Shown here in pieces: positions 1 through 12,573 of a DNA stretch of 64,000 nucleotides. Location of the stretch: the NCBI GenBank assembly GCA_002269645.1, contig NIVC01002846.1, positions 1 to 64,000 on the forward strand, given 5' to 3'. A program made the position numbers and the translations under genes. Within the stretch, counting starts at the first letter, position 1; the number at the start of each line of letters is the position of its first letter. Origin of the DNA: Macrostomum lignano (taxonomy: Eukaryota). The notes under the pieces are model-generated. The model saw only the letters and a program-made list of their open reading frames with translations, had not been told where the DNA came from and did no database searches.

Positions 1-715
1 ACAACATGTTACTCTATTATATTTTCATATAGCTGTGTAGTGAAGTTTTCATTTTCATATTGTTTTCACTTTATTTCATAAGCCAAAGTTGCAAACTCAC
101 AAGTGGCATTAGCCAAACTTTTTGTGTTGTTCTTTTTAAAATAAAGTATAAAAACATTGCATGTAGGTACTCTTAGTCTTAAGCTATTATTGTAGGTTTA
201 GTAACTATACTAATTCCTAGGCCTACTAGAACTAGACCTATCAGTATCACTACACTATCTAGCCTAATAAGTAATTAAATTTAGACAATGACTTAGAGAT
301 TAGGCCCTAGTATATTTAGATTTTTTTATTATATATAGATTACCAATAAATAGTTTCATATGGTTGGTTACCTAGGCTTGAGAAAGCTGTATTATCAGTT
401 TTTAAGCCAAGCCTATATTTAGGACTAAGATTTAAGAAGAATAGACTTAATCACAAAAATAGGCCCTAACCATTTTTACTAGGTATCTATAAGAAAAAAC
501 ATTGATTAGTTTTTAATAATTTTTATTTTAAAGGCTAAAAAAATTATTATATTACAAATTTGAATAGCTTTTTCTTTTCTTGAATTTGATATTTGGCTAG
601 GCCTAATGCCACTTGTGAGTTTGCAACTTTGGGCTTATGAAATAAAGTGAAAACAATATGAAAATGAAAACTTCATTACACAGCTATATGAAAATATAAT
701 AGAGTAACATGTTGT
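1..715. mobile_element. Foldback/MITE-like element with ~112-bp inverted arms (left end may be cut by the window edge)
   Basis: 1-112 (acaacatgttactctatt...aagtggcattag) is a near-perfect reverse complement of 603-715 (ctaatgccactt...agagtaacatgttgt). The spacer is AT-rich and has no ORF. Confidence 0.7.
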
Positions 716-2129
716 GCATGTTAAATTAAAAGAATGGTAGTCTTCACTGCCCCAGATCAAATACAATCACAGATTTTGTGACGAAAAACTGATTTTTTCC
801 TATCTTCGCAGTGTATTTTTTTCAGGAAATCGTGGCCTCCAAAAAATTACACGATCTTTGAGTTTTACGTCCTGTTAGTCTAGAAGTCCTTGTGTACGTA
901 ACTGTAGGGCGTTTTGCCATGGGTTTTATGGTTGGTGCGGATAAAGGTGCGGATAAAAGCCAGAATATCCAAGAAGAAAATTACCTAACTTTCATTTTGA
1001 AAATCAGGTTCGCTTTTTGCCCTAAGACCTGTGTGAACTAACCTTAACAGGTAGTTATATCATAGGTAGGATACTAAAATGCCTAGCATTTCCATGATTT
1101 ATAACCAGTCCAAACTTTATATTTTAAGCGAAAAAGCTTCAGATTTATCACGAAAAATTCCCACCAGTCAATCATAGCTTAGGTTTTTTAACTACTAAAG
1201 AAAGCACGATGCATCTATTAAGGTTTTCATTAAAACTCTAAATTTCGAGTACGTTTAAAGATTTGTTAATTTACGAGCATCTTTGACGTACTTCGTGCGG
1301 CATGCATACAAAAAATCAAATTTTATAAATTCTCTATTTTCAAGAAAAAATTGCTTTCCAGTTTGAACAGTGAACCATAAAAAATAGATAGATTTGGAAT
1401 TGGTATATAGGATATTTCTATTTCTATATTTCTACGACTACAAGTCTAAAATTGGTTAAAATTAAATGATTTCTGATTACTAGGCCTATTGCAGTTATTA
1501 GTGCCAAGTTTTTAAAATGTAATTGTAGGTCTAGGACTCTTGGACTAGTCTATTTCTTATGTCTATTAATTTAAGTATAATTCCAGTATTTAATCTGTAT
1601 TTGTTGTAGGCAGAGGCGGATTTATGAGGGCTGTTAAAAAAATTAGTGTTACTTTTCATTATATCTCTTGTCTTGTTCTGCTGATTCAAATAATGAAGAG
1701 CTTGCGTGCCATATTGCGGAAGGAGGGGTATACGCTGGAATTTTCCGGCGTACACTTGAGTTCTGTGGCGTACACTGGCCTATATTTCTTGGCTGTGTAC
1801 AATGTGGCATACAGTGTGGCGTACACAACTGGCGTACAAATTAATATAGAAAATTTTTTGTGCATTTTTCTGTGTTAAGTTATTTCAAAAACCATTTTTT
1901 CTGCTACTATTTTCTCATTTACTAATCATTTTAATTACTGGAATCGTCATAACAATCCTCATGTTGTTAAATTGTTATCATTTTTTTGTCATTTAAATTT
2001 AAATATTTGTTGTTTTTTGGCATACATTTAGCGTTAAAGAAAGTTGGCATACATTTAAAATTTGTTGGCGTACAATTAAAAATTCAATCAAAATATGTCC
2101 GGCGTACACAGAAAACCTTCTGCAATATG

Positions 2130-2516
2130 GCTTGCGTGCATGGCAGCCATTCATGTAAGCTCAGAATTGCTTGCACAGCTGTCAGCAGCTATATATCTTA
2201 ATAACAGTAAGTCATATACTGTTCAAATTAGTATTCAAATTAACAAAAAATAGCAATGAATTGAGCTTACATTTGGCATACATGGTGTACATGTGATAAA
2301 ACATAAAGCAATATAGTAACAATAATTTTTAATTACGTTTAGTTAGTAGCAACGTGCAGATTAGGCCTATATTGTGGCTAACTGCCAGCTGCCGTGCATG
2401 CAATTTAAACACTAGGTGAATGGCTGCCATGCAAGCAAATAAAGCACTAGGGCCTAGGTAGATAGCTGCCATGCGTGCGATTCTAAGCTTATGTAAATGG
2501 CTGCCATGTATGCAAG
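2130..2516. mobile_element. Degenerate MITE with ~45-bp inverted ends
   Basis: cttgcgtgcatggcagccattcatgtaagctcagaattgc (~2130-2170) is inverted relative to gcgattctaagcttatgtaaatggctgccatgtatgcaag (~2477-2516). An internal copy of atggctgccatgc lies at ~2419. Confidence 0.5.
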
Positions 2517-3788
2517 ATCTTTGTTCAAATAATATCATTTTGCATAGATTTATAGTGGCAACTCTCTTCTTTATGTTAACTTTAACATCATTAAAAACAA
2601 ACAATGGAAAAAAGTTATAAATTAAAATATAGCAGGACCTTGACAATAGACTTACAATAAATAAACAAGTTAACAAAAATTTGAAATGGTAGCTGACAAA
2701 TAGGTAACTGGCCACAGTGAATACTGCAAAATGATTACAGTAAATGACTGCAATAGACCTATGAGCCAATGAAAGTTGAGCATGAATCTTGGCTCAGTTG
2801 TCCCCCATCCCCCAAAGGGTATATATCATACTCCTTTGAGCAACACTTGAATGCATATCTAGGAATTTTGGTGCAGCAAAAGGAGAGAACAAACAGCAAT
2901 ATAGTTGAAGCCTAGTGTGAAATATTTTGTTGCTTTAAAAGCCATATGCTTTTCCAATTTTTGGGAGAACTTTTCCAAATTTTTTAATTACAACTAGCAA
3001 TCTAGTGCCCCTTTGCTTTAGATTGTGCAATAAACAGAGCAAAAATTACAAATAAATCCATTAAAAATAACATTTTCTTAAGAACCAATTCTTTCTTTAG
3101 TTTTATAAAAATAACCTTATTTGAGTAAACTTGTCATGGACAAAGATGATTGTTAAAAATCTCTTTTTTTAAGTTTTAACAATGATTACAATGAATAAAT
3201 TAAATTTAACAAAAATTTAAAAAGCCTTCACAAAGATAATAATAATATGAACTTGTTTTAATAGAATGTATCTCCTAGACTGCAAGTATCTTCCCAAATC
3301 CCTAGTAGCCTAGTAGCAGGCACCCCCCAAGATAGCAAGTATCCCTCAGTAGCAAGCATCCCCCAGATAGAAAGCAACCTATTAAATACCAGTCGTTGGT
3401 CATTAGCTATTAGCCCCAATTATATTGTTTTCTTATTTTATTAAATTTAATTCCAGTCTTTTTTTACAAATGATGTCTTTATTCACACTTTAAGACATGC
3501 ATTAACCTGTATTGAGGCAGATTTTAGCCATAAGAATGGGGTTGCCAAAATATACACTAAAGAGGCACCAAGCGCCATATTGAACAGAGGGCAATGAGGA
3601 CCTTTTTGATTATGACCTGATTCCTGAGCTTATAGTATGAAGTTCATGAAGCAACTTCTATAATTGCATTTTCTGGCACTCCTATGTCCTTTTCCTGTTT
3701 TGGATTTTTGGCTTCAATAACTTAGCTTTGTCCATGTTCAGATTTTCAGAATATTGATATTTCATATTTGGGATTGCCAGGTGCTAGC

Positions 3789-4288
3789 TAGGGATTGCAA
3801 TCCAGGATCCTGGTATTGGGCCCAAATCCCGGGATTTCTAGTCCCAGGATTTGAGGTCCCATATCCCAGGACTCATTTTTGTTATTATTGTAATATGAAC
3901 ATAATTTGGCTCACAACAAGTTTATTATACTGTGCAAATTTCCATTAATTGCCTCACATTACGTGGCGCCTTTTTAAACCTTGCATGATGGATTAAAATG
4001 TGAAATTTATTCCAATGTAAATTTTGATATTTGATTTGCTTCTTTACTATTAATTAGTACTTAAATATGTCACAAGATTGAATAAGCTGTTTTTCATCTA
4101 CAAATGGATAATTAACTCTATAACAATTAAAAATGGAAGCAAAAAAGGTTTAGCACAAACCTTTTCAACCCAGAAGCTTGAAAATCTGTACTTTTCAGAT
4201 CCTGGGATTGAATCCCAGGATTGGCCAAATTCTGGGATTAAATCGCAGGATCCCAGGCTCACAGAAAACTGGGATTTTGCAATCCCTA
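3789..4288. mobile_element. MITE with TAGGGATTGCAA termini
   Basis: tagggattgcaa at 3789-3800 and ttgcaatcccta at 4277-4288, with subterminal (cc)gggat/atccc repeats. No clear TSD. Confidence 0.65.
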
Positions 4289-4304
4289 CTAGAGGGGCAC
4301 CATA

Positions 4305-4428
4305 CAGTGGTGCAACTAGGGCAGTTGCCCCCCCTTAGGTGGAGACCAGAAAAAAATCAAAGGTAGGACCAAGCAAATTTTTGCAAAAAACAGAGCCACC
4401 CCTCCGCCCACCCTTAAATCTGCCCCTG
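4305..4428. mobile_element. CpG-decayed partial copy of the MITE at 5242-5435 (inverted orientation)
   Basis: cagtggtgcaactag...ttaggtggagacc...aatcaaaggtaggaccaagcaaattttt...cagagccacccctccgccc aligns to the reverse complement of ~5310-5435. Confidence 0.65.
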
Positions 4429-5241
4429 CTGAACCTGACCAGTGTTCTTCGAGTCGAGTGCAGCAATGCGGGTCATTGCCAGTGCAGCAGCAGAGCTAAA
4501 AATCCTGCTCAGCATCAGCAGAAAGAAATCGGCCGGCCGGCTCCCGCATCTGCGGTGAACTGAACTGAAAGTGGATTTGACGTTGAGCCACCTGCATTCC
4601 TGGAAAGAACGTGGCTGTAATTTCTCTATCTAGCCCCCCCCCAACCCCACCCCTGGGGTCCTTCCTGGAAAGAACGTGGGCTGTGTAATTCTCTCTATCG
4701 AGCCCCCACTCCCTTAGTGTGTCGCTTAAATTCGAGGCAATTAAATGCCCAACTGAACCGATCAGCCCAGCGGGGGTTCCTGGTGGAGAGTGGGAGTGGG
4801 GTGGGTGGTTTGGGGCGCAGCGCGCAGTCAGCTTGACATAAAATCATTAAACCACCGCCGACCCCCGGCCCAGCCCAGGCCCCACCTACAAAGAGCGCGC
4901 GCCGCGGCTTCTTCAAAAGATGCCGCCAGCCATTCCCGATTGCAGAGGGTGGGGTGGGGGAGGGCAGAGAGGCCTGAAATACACGACAACGAATCTGCAT
5001 TTCATGAAATGGCGTTCTAGAATTGCCCAGCCCAATCTAGAAGCATCAGCCAACCATTCCTCGGAAAAAATAGAAGCCTACTCGAGACTCGAGCATGTGT
5101 TTGTGCCGGTGGGTAAATTTTTACCCACCCAAGTCGTGAGTTTTCTCTTCCCCCAATCGCGTGACGCGTTGTGAACCAACTGTCTTTACTGGCCGGCACC
5201 CCCCGTTCGTGTAGGGCTGGCTGCGGGTCACGCACAAATTT

Positions 5242-5435
5242 CAGTAGCGCAACCAGAAATTTTTCAAGGGGGGGGGGGCGGATTCTGAGGGTAAAGTCCC
5301 GGGAGGGGGGGGGCGGAGGGTGGCTCTGTTTTTGGCGAAAATTCGCTTGGTCCCCCCTTTGATTTTTTTTCGGTCCCCCGCCTAAGGGGGGGGGCGACCG
5401 CCCCCCCCCCCGCCCCCCCCCTGGTTGCGCCACTG
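5242..5435. mobile_element. GC-rich MITE with CAGTGGCGCAACCAG-type termini (hAT-like)
   Basis: cagtagcgcaaccag at 5242 and ctggttgcgccactg ending at 5435, with internal poly-G/poly-C tracts. Confidence 0.7.
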
Positions 5436-5914
5436 CGCACAATCGCACATCAAAAGCGCCGATGTCGGCCAGTACAGTGCAGGCTGCAGGACAGGGTCGC
5501 CTCTTACTCTCACTCACCCTACTAAGCCTCTGCTCTCCTCCCTTCTCTTGCCACTCATCTTTGCTTTCACAGGAACAGACTGCATTCAGCAGGCGAAGTA
5601 GGCTGCTCATTTTTTAACGCGTCGCAGACTCTCAGTTTGACCCGCCAACTCGGAGTGGTATTTTTTCTTTGAATTTCTCACCTGCCTTTGACTGCTCTCA
5701 CTCACCTGCGGTGTATTGCTGCCCTGCCTGTTCACTCGGACAGTTCGCATCGAATTCGTCGCAGTAGTCAGACTCAGGTTGGCTCTCTGATTTTATACTA
5801 CATGCGTTGTGCTAATTCTCAACCGTTACTCAGAGTCAGAACATGTATTTTTTGTAGGTTCAAGGTAGGCGGTAAAAGGGTCACACAATTCCGGAATTCA
5901 ACACTTTTTTCGAG

Positions 5915-6216
5915 ATATCCCCTCTCTCTCCTTCTCTCTCTTCTCTGTCTCCCCTTCTCTCGCCATTCCTTCTCTCTCTCCTCCCTGCTCTAATATCTTT
6001 CCTCTCGCCATTCCTTCTCTCTCTCTCCCTTCTCTCTCTTTCTCTCCATTCTCTACCCTCCCCTTCTCTCTCTCTCTTCTCCCTTCTCTCCTCTCCCTTC
6101 TCTCCCTCTCTCTCCTCCTCTAATATCTCTCCTCTCGCCATTCCTCTCCTCTCCCATCCTTCTCTCCTTTCTCTTTCAATTAAATAATTAACACGCCGTG
6201 ACCTCTCTTCTCTTTC

Positions 6217-6294
<78 letters not shown>

Positions 6295-6480
6295 CCCTTC
6301 TCTAATCTCTCTCATTCTCTCCCTTCTCCCTTCTCTCTCTCTCCTCCTTTCCCTTCTCTAATCTCTCTCCTCTCCCTTCTCCCTTTCTCTCCCTTTCCTT
6401 CATCTGTTCCCGCGTCGTGTCTCGTTCTTTGAAATATTTTTATCGCCTGATATCCTTCACTCTCCGCCTCCCTTCTCTCT
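5915..6480. repeat. CT-rich low-complexity tract with pure (CT)n microsatellite at ~6218-6291
   Basis: Seen directly. It explains the RE-rich minus-strand ORF 5881-6315. Confidence 0.95.
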
Positions 6481-8097
6481 CATTTGCGCTGCCAGCAGAG
6501 TTACAAAGTGGCTTAAATTGGCATCAACTGCTTCATCAGCGTCAGTTCAGTGAATTTGCATATTCGGCTGCAGCACTTTTCTGACCTCCGTGGCCTCCTC
6601 GTGAACTGCTGGGTGTTGGCAACCAGTGCCAGCGGTTCCCCTTTTCTCTCCCTTCATCTCTTATCTGTACCGGCGCCGCTCACGTGCAGATGCTGCGTTC
6701 CGAAATTCCTTCGCCCCAAATTCACCTTATCGACGGGGGGGGGGGGTAACTAAACTAACACACCAGGTGCGCCCCCGAAAGCAATTTGGTGTTGCTGCAG
6801 TGCAGGCAACTTGTTCCAGATTCCTTCTGGTCATGTGAAAGGGGAGCTTCGATTCCTTCTGCATCTGCACACTTTCATTGTCATTGTGCTGCGATCGCTG
6901 CTGAATCAGAAACAAAATCCGTTATTTTATTACTCTACTCATATTTTGAAAGCTATACGAGCTAACTACTTTCAATTTTTGAAATTTTGAAAACCTTTGA
7001 TTTAAGAGTGGCAGTGTTTTAGTAAATCTGGAAACAAAACTCTGGATTACAACTCACTCTTGGATCTATAGTTATAAAGTTATTAACATTTTTATGAAAC
7101 CTGCTCAAAATTCGGGGTCTATTGTTTTAAAAGTCGGAAGTTGTTCCCACACTGTTAAAACTATTTCACCTGCCGCATGATGCGACTTCTGCTATGAAGC
7201 AAAGCTGGCAAAGTTCGCAGTTTTTTTGCTTGTGTCTAGAAGAGAGCATATTTTCTTGCAAATTGGGCGCATAAAAGTTCTGTCGCAGATTTTGCAGAAG
7301 CAAAGTTTTTCCTGAAGACGCAGTTATTGCTTCTTTTAGTGCCTCTCAGTGAGGGAGACTGGGAGTGCCCGGCTTGGGTGGGCGCACACTTACTATTTGG
7401 GGATCTGGCGGTAGCTGCTTGTAAAACAGAAATGGAAAAAACTCAGTGGGAGAGCAAAAGCAAGTGAACGCGGCTTCTTGCTTGGTTGGGCAAAGAAACT
7501 GCCCAAACCAAGGAACTGCGCCAAGGAGATCCAGGCAGAGGATCTGGAGCGGCAGTCTTGGTTGTGCCTATGCTCGTGAGTTATGATATTTAGTCCTAGA
7601 CTAGACTGTTAGTGTCACTATGTTTGTAAGTTATGAATAGCATTTTTAATAGAAATTTTCATCACAAGCTGCAGATAAAAGTCTATACAGATTCTAAGAA
7701 CTACTACAGATTCCTGTCCAGATTTCTTACTAAAGACGTCCATGCCATAAGCTCCTCTCCCCCCCCCCCCGACTTCGCTGCCATTCGCTGTCCCACTTTT
7801 TAGCAAGTCTCTGGGGTGTTGGGATGGGTGGTCAAGCCTCTTTGTGCAGCAAGTGGCGGGCCAGGAACCTCACCTCTGGCTATTTAGCCAAGATTAATGC
7901 GCACCGTCCGATCCCAAACCCTCCCGAACTCCCATATTTCCAATTTCAGAAGCCTCCCTATTCTATAACATTGCATTGGCGCTTGCAGTGCAAAAGAAGT
8001 AGCAGAAAGTAGCGCAGACAAGCAGAAAATTTCTGAAGAGGATAAAACTGCGCCACCGAGCCGAGTTTCGGGCCCACACCTGACCTGAGCGCGCGCC

Positions 8098-11000
8098 ATG
8101 CGCAGCAAGGCCTGGCGATTCCTGCTCGGCAGCGGCTGCGGCGGCGGCAACGCCAGCTGCACCGACGATGACCGGAGACCTCTGTCCAGTGAGCTCTGCC
8201 TTGAGCTTATTGCCATAGATCTTTGTTCAATTGTTCTAGATATTGTAGCAAATTTATTGAGGGACTGGGCTCTACCCACCTCTCAGTTCCATATAACCAT
8301 ATTATTCCAGCTAACGATCGATTTAAATCCCCAGAAAAATCCCGAATTCCTAGATAGATTCCGAATCCCCAGAAAGATCCCGAATCCCCAAACAGAGCCC
8401 GAATCCCCAAACAGAGCCCGAATCCCCAGACAGATCCTGAATCCCCAGACAGATCCCGAATCCCCAGACAGATCCCGAATCCCTAGACAGATCCCGAATC
8501 CCCAAACAGATCCCGAATCCCCAGACAGATCCCGAATCCCCAAACAGAGCCCGAATCCCCAGACAGATCCCGAATCCGCAAACAGATCCCGAATCCACAA
8601 ACAGAACTCGGGATCCTCAGACAGAGCCCGAATCTCCAAACAGATCCCGGATCCTCAAACAAATCCCGAATCCCTAGACAGATCCCGAATCCCTAGACAG
8701 ATCCCGAATCCCCAGACAGATACCGAATCCCCAGACAGATCCCGAATCCCCAGACAGATACCGAATCCCCAGACAGAGCCCGAATCTCCAAACAAATCCC
8801 GAATCTCCAAACAAATCCCGAATCTTCAAACAAATCCCGAATTCCCAGACAGATCCCAAATCCCTAGACAGATCCCGAATTCCGAAACCCCAAATTCAGA
8901 ATCCCTATTTCTAAGATTCAACTTCTAGATAGGGAGGGGGTCCCACTCTCAGATGCGCAAAGATCTGTCCTCAATCGACCTCAATCAACATCTCTATGCA
9001 CCAACATCCCGACAGTGCTCAACCAATCAGCTGAGTCCATAGTCGGCGAGGACAACCCGATCTCCACTGCCCTGCTGCTCGCCGCGGAACTTGAGCTGGA
9101 GTCTGAGCTGGCGCCCCAGCAGCAGCAGCATCATCATCATCAACAGCAGCATCATGAGAAGCCGCCACAGCTGCAGAAGTCAGCGCTAAAACAGGCAAAT
9201 GATGTGAGCAGCAGGTTATCTAATGTTAGCCGTGTTCACCGGGGTGCCAGGTGGCTGGGCGGGCCAAGTTCCCCAGTCCGAATTGCAGGCCAGTTCAGTC
9301 CCAGCACAGAGAATTGCCTGTTCCAATTATGGAAATACGCACCTGCGAGAAAGAGAGAAAGGATAGACGGTCCAGGGCCTTTTGCGCACCTGGCAGTGAA
9401 GGTGGGCTGTGGCAGATGGAATGCGATTAGGCAGAGCCTCGCTGTTCGGTTGCGACCAGATGTTGCCGGCAAACTGAAATGTGCCTCTTCCCCCAGGATC
9501 TCGGCTGTTATCCCCTGCTAACTGCGGGGGTTGGAGGAGGCCTAGCGGGCGTTGCAGCATAATTCCAACCCGGGGCATTCGGCGGGCGGCAGCAACTGGC
9601 AACTGCCCTGAAGGTTATTGACTGAGAGATTACGGCAGCCTGTGTTTTTATGATTGCCAGTTGCAATTCGTGACTTCGCTTCTGGCGTGAACAATATTTA
9701 TGAGCATTTTATGCTTCTAGGGAATATAGAATTTCTTGGGTTTGGACGTCTGCGGAACTCTGACCGTGATTCTGGCTTGATCAGTGACTGGTCCGTGTCA
9801 GTGCCCTTTTATCTGCTGGTCAGTGACTCTGATCTGCTGGTCAGTGACTCTGATCTGCTGGTCAGTGACTCTGTGATCTGCTGGTCAGTGACTCTGATCT
9901 GCTGGTCAGTGACTGATTGGCTGGTCAGTGACTGATTGGCTGGTCAGTGACTGATTGGCTGGTCAGTGACTGATTGGCTGGTCAGTGACTGATTGGCTGG
10001 TCAGTGACTGATTGGCTGGTCAGTGACTGATTGGCTGGTCAGTGACTGATTGGCTGGTCAGTGACTGATTGGCTGGTCAGTGACTGATTGGCTGGTCAGT
10101 GACTGATTGGCTGGTCAGTGACTGATTGGCTGGTCAGTGACTGATTGGCTGGTCAGTGACTGATTGGCTGGTCAGTGACTGATTGGCTGGTCAGTGACTG
10201 ATTGGCTGGCCAGTGACTGATTGGCTGGTCAGTAATTGCTACAATTACCTCTCAAACATTTACCTCCCAGCAGTTGCTGTCCCGGCCAGAGCAGCAGACG
10301 ACGACAACGGCGCAGCAGCCCGCGAGGGAGTCAGTGCTCAGCGCCGCTGAACAGCTGAGCGTTGGGCAGTGCCAGAGCGGCCATTCCGGCCTCGGTCGAT
10401 GGCACCGTCGGCGAACTCACCGGCACAGAGCATGCGGCGTCCCGACTGCCGCTTCAGTTGCAGCCCCCGCCTCCGATGCCGCCACAGGGACCGCTGAATG
10501 GTCGGTGACACTGTACGACTTCGATGGCCGCGGCTGCATCACTAAGCAGGTTGGCTGATAGCTGCGTCTGCTGTTTCGTTTGACGCTTGTACTTTTATTT
10601 ACAGTGTCGGTAGCTTATGCTTGTTTTCTGTAGTTTATGGTGGGTTTCTGTAGTTTATTGTAGGTTTCTGTAGTTTATGGTTGTTTTCTGTAGTTTATGG
10701 TAGGTTTCTGTAGTTTATTGTAGGTTTCTGTAGTTTATGGTTGTTTTCTGTAGTTTATGGTAGGTTTCTGTAGTTTATGGTAGGTTTCTGTAGTTTATAG
10801 TATGTTTCTGTAGTTTATTGTAGGTTTCTGTAGTTTATGGTTGTTTTCTGTAGTTTATGGTAGGTTTCTGTAGTTTATGGTTGTTTTCTGTAGTTTATGG
10901 TAGGTTTCTGTAGTTTATGGTTGTTTTCTGTAGTTTATAGTAGGTTTCTGTAGTTTATGGTTGGTTTCTGTAGTTTATTGTAGGTTTCTGTAGTTTATGG

Positions 11001-12573
11001 TTGTTTTCTGTAGTTTATGGTAGGTTTCTGTAGTTTATGGTAGGTTTCTGTAGTTTATAGTATGTTTCTGTAGTTTATTGTAGGTTTCTGTAGTTTATGG
11101 TAAGTTTCTGTAGCTTATGGTAGGTTTCTGTAGTTTATGGTTGTTTTCTGTAGTTTATGGTAGGTTTCTGTAGTTTATGGTAGGTTTCTGTAGTTTATTG
11201 TAGGTTTCTGTAGTTTATGGTAGGTTTATGTAGTTTATGGTAGGTTTCTGTAGTTTATGGTAGGTTTCTGTAGTTTATGGTTGTTTTCTGTAGTTTATGG
11301 TTGTTTTCTGTAGTTTATGGTTGTTTTCTGCAGTTTATGGTAGGTGTCTGTAGTTTATGGTAGGTTTCTGTAGTTTATGGTAGGTTTCTGTAGTTTATGA
11401 TTGGTTTCTTTAGTTTATGGTAGGTTTCTGTAGTTTATGATTGGTTTCTGTAGTTTATGATTGGTTTCTGTAGTTTATGGTAGGTTTCTGTAGTTTATGG
11501 TAGGTTTCTGTAGTTTATGGCTGGCTTCTGTCTCTGGCTGGTCGTGGGCTGAAAGTTCCATTTAAAGGTGTTGAGTTTTAAACTCGAACGAAACGCCATC
11601 GCGCCTGCAGGACCTGGCCGCTCTGACGCGGTCTCTCTCAGAGGTCCTTCAGCGAGGAATCTGCGGCGCCAGTGGTGACTCTGTCGAGACCGGCTGCGGT
11701 AGCGGCGGTGGCCGAGTCCCGGCAAGCCTCAGCCTCCGACTGACATTCGTCCCGGCGCCTGACGCCGCAGTGCAGCAGGAGAACCAGCGGCAGCGGCCCA
11801 AGCAGCGGGTCATCAGTGTGCCGTTGTCCGCCTCGGCCGGGCCGCTGCCGAAGCGCCGGCGCCACCGCAGCCATAGCCGCCGGCGCCAACAGCCTCAGCA
11901 CCCGCAGCAGAAGACGCGCCACCGCACGCAGAGGGCCACCTCCGCCAGCTTTGTGGAGACCTCCGCGGCCGCCGACGCCAGAGACGATCGACAGCGACGT
12001 AGGCAGCAACGACGCCGGCGTCGGGTACGCGACGGCGACGCGGACAACAAAGACGCCGTAGACTTGGCGTCGACCATCGCTGAACCGCCGGCCCGGCATT
12101 CGCCAACAGACCGCGCCGGTAGCGACGGTGGCGGTCGGGGAGCGCGCAGGCAGCAGCGGCGCTTGCGGCGGCGGCAGCTGCGGCACTGGCCAGCGTCGGC
12201 CGACCCGTCGGCGACTGCATCGGAACTTGTCGACGCTCCGACGTCACTAATGCTGCCAGCGTCGGCGCCTCTCCGACATCTGCCGTCGGCCTCGGCGGCG
12301 GCGGCGGCTGATGCCGGTTACCATTGCGTTGCACTGGACGACGCCACCGCCGCCGTAACCAGCGCCGCTGAACACGCCGGCCGTCGGGGGCATCAGCAGC
12401 AGCCGCACCATCATCGCGTTGTCGAGCGTCATCGATGGCGCCGCCTGGACGCCATGCAGCTCGTGGCCGAGTGGCTGCAGCGAGAGCCGCTGATGCAGCT
12501 GCAGCCGCTGCCCAGCCTGGTGCTGCACGAGCACCGGCATCACCACCACTACCACTACCACTTCTACGACTGA
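8098..12573 (+). CDS. nkd: Naked cuticle homolog (Wnt/Dishevelled antagonist), ~527 aa; join(8098..8188,8953..9203,10271..10549,11611..12573)
   Basis: The EFX domain EWSVTLYDFDGRGCITKQ|DLAALTRSLSEV...SLSLRLTFVPAPD is split by a phase-0 intron. The C-terminus carries the His-rich tail HEHRHHHHYHYHFYD* typical of Nkd. All junctions are GT-AG with matching phases (1,0,0). The first exon is less certain. Confidence 0.85.
8326..8885. repeat. 19-bp minisatellite (cccgaatccccagacagat)n in nkd intron 1
   Basis: Roughly 29 tandem units. It produces the spurious repetitive part of ORF 8098-8928. Confidence 0.95.
9811..10233. repeat. 19-bp minisatellite (ctggtcagtgactgattgg)n in nkd intron 2
   Basis: About 20 units, starting with 21-bp variant units (ctggtcagtgactctgatctg). 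It ends ~37 nt before the acceptor at 10270. Confidence 0.95.
10625..11520. repeat. 20-bp minisatellite (tagtttatggtaggtttctg)n in nkd intron 3
   Basis: About 45 units, strongly G/T-skewed. Confidence 0.95.

Noticed and set aside
2329-2769. 146-aa hydrophobic minus-strand ORF
   Set aside because: It has an AT-rich F/L/I bias, overlaps a MITE and shows no recognisable motif.
1611-4428. A single 2.8-kb hAT element bounded by cagaggcggattta and taaatctgcccctg
   Set aside because: The termini are complementary, but the flanking 8-mers (gttgtagg vs ctgaacct) do not form a TSD; they are probably ends of separate elements.
8189-8928. SH3-ligand-like repeat extension of ORF 8098-8928
   Set aside because: A strong donor at 8189 and a phase-matched acceptor at 8952 place the repeat in nkd intron 1.
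9811-11520. CRISPR-like appearance of regular repeats
   Set aside because: There are no unique spacers and no cas genes, and the context is eukaryotic and intronic.
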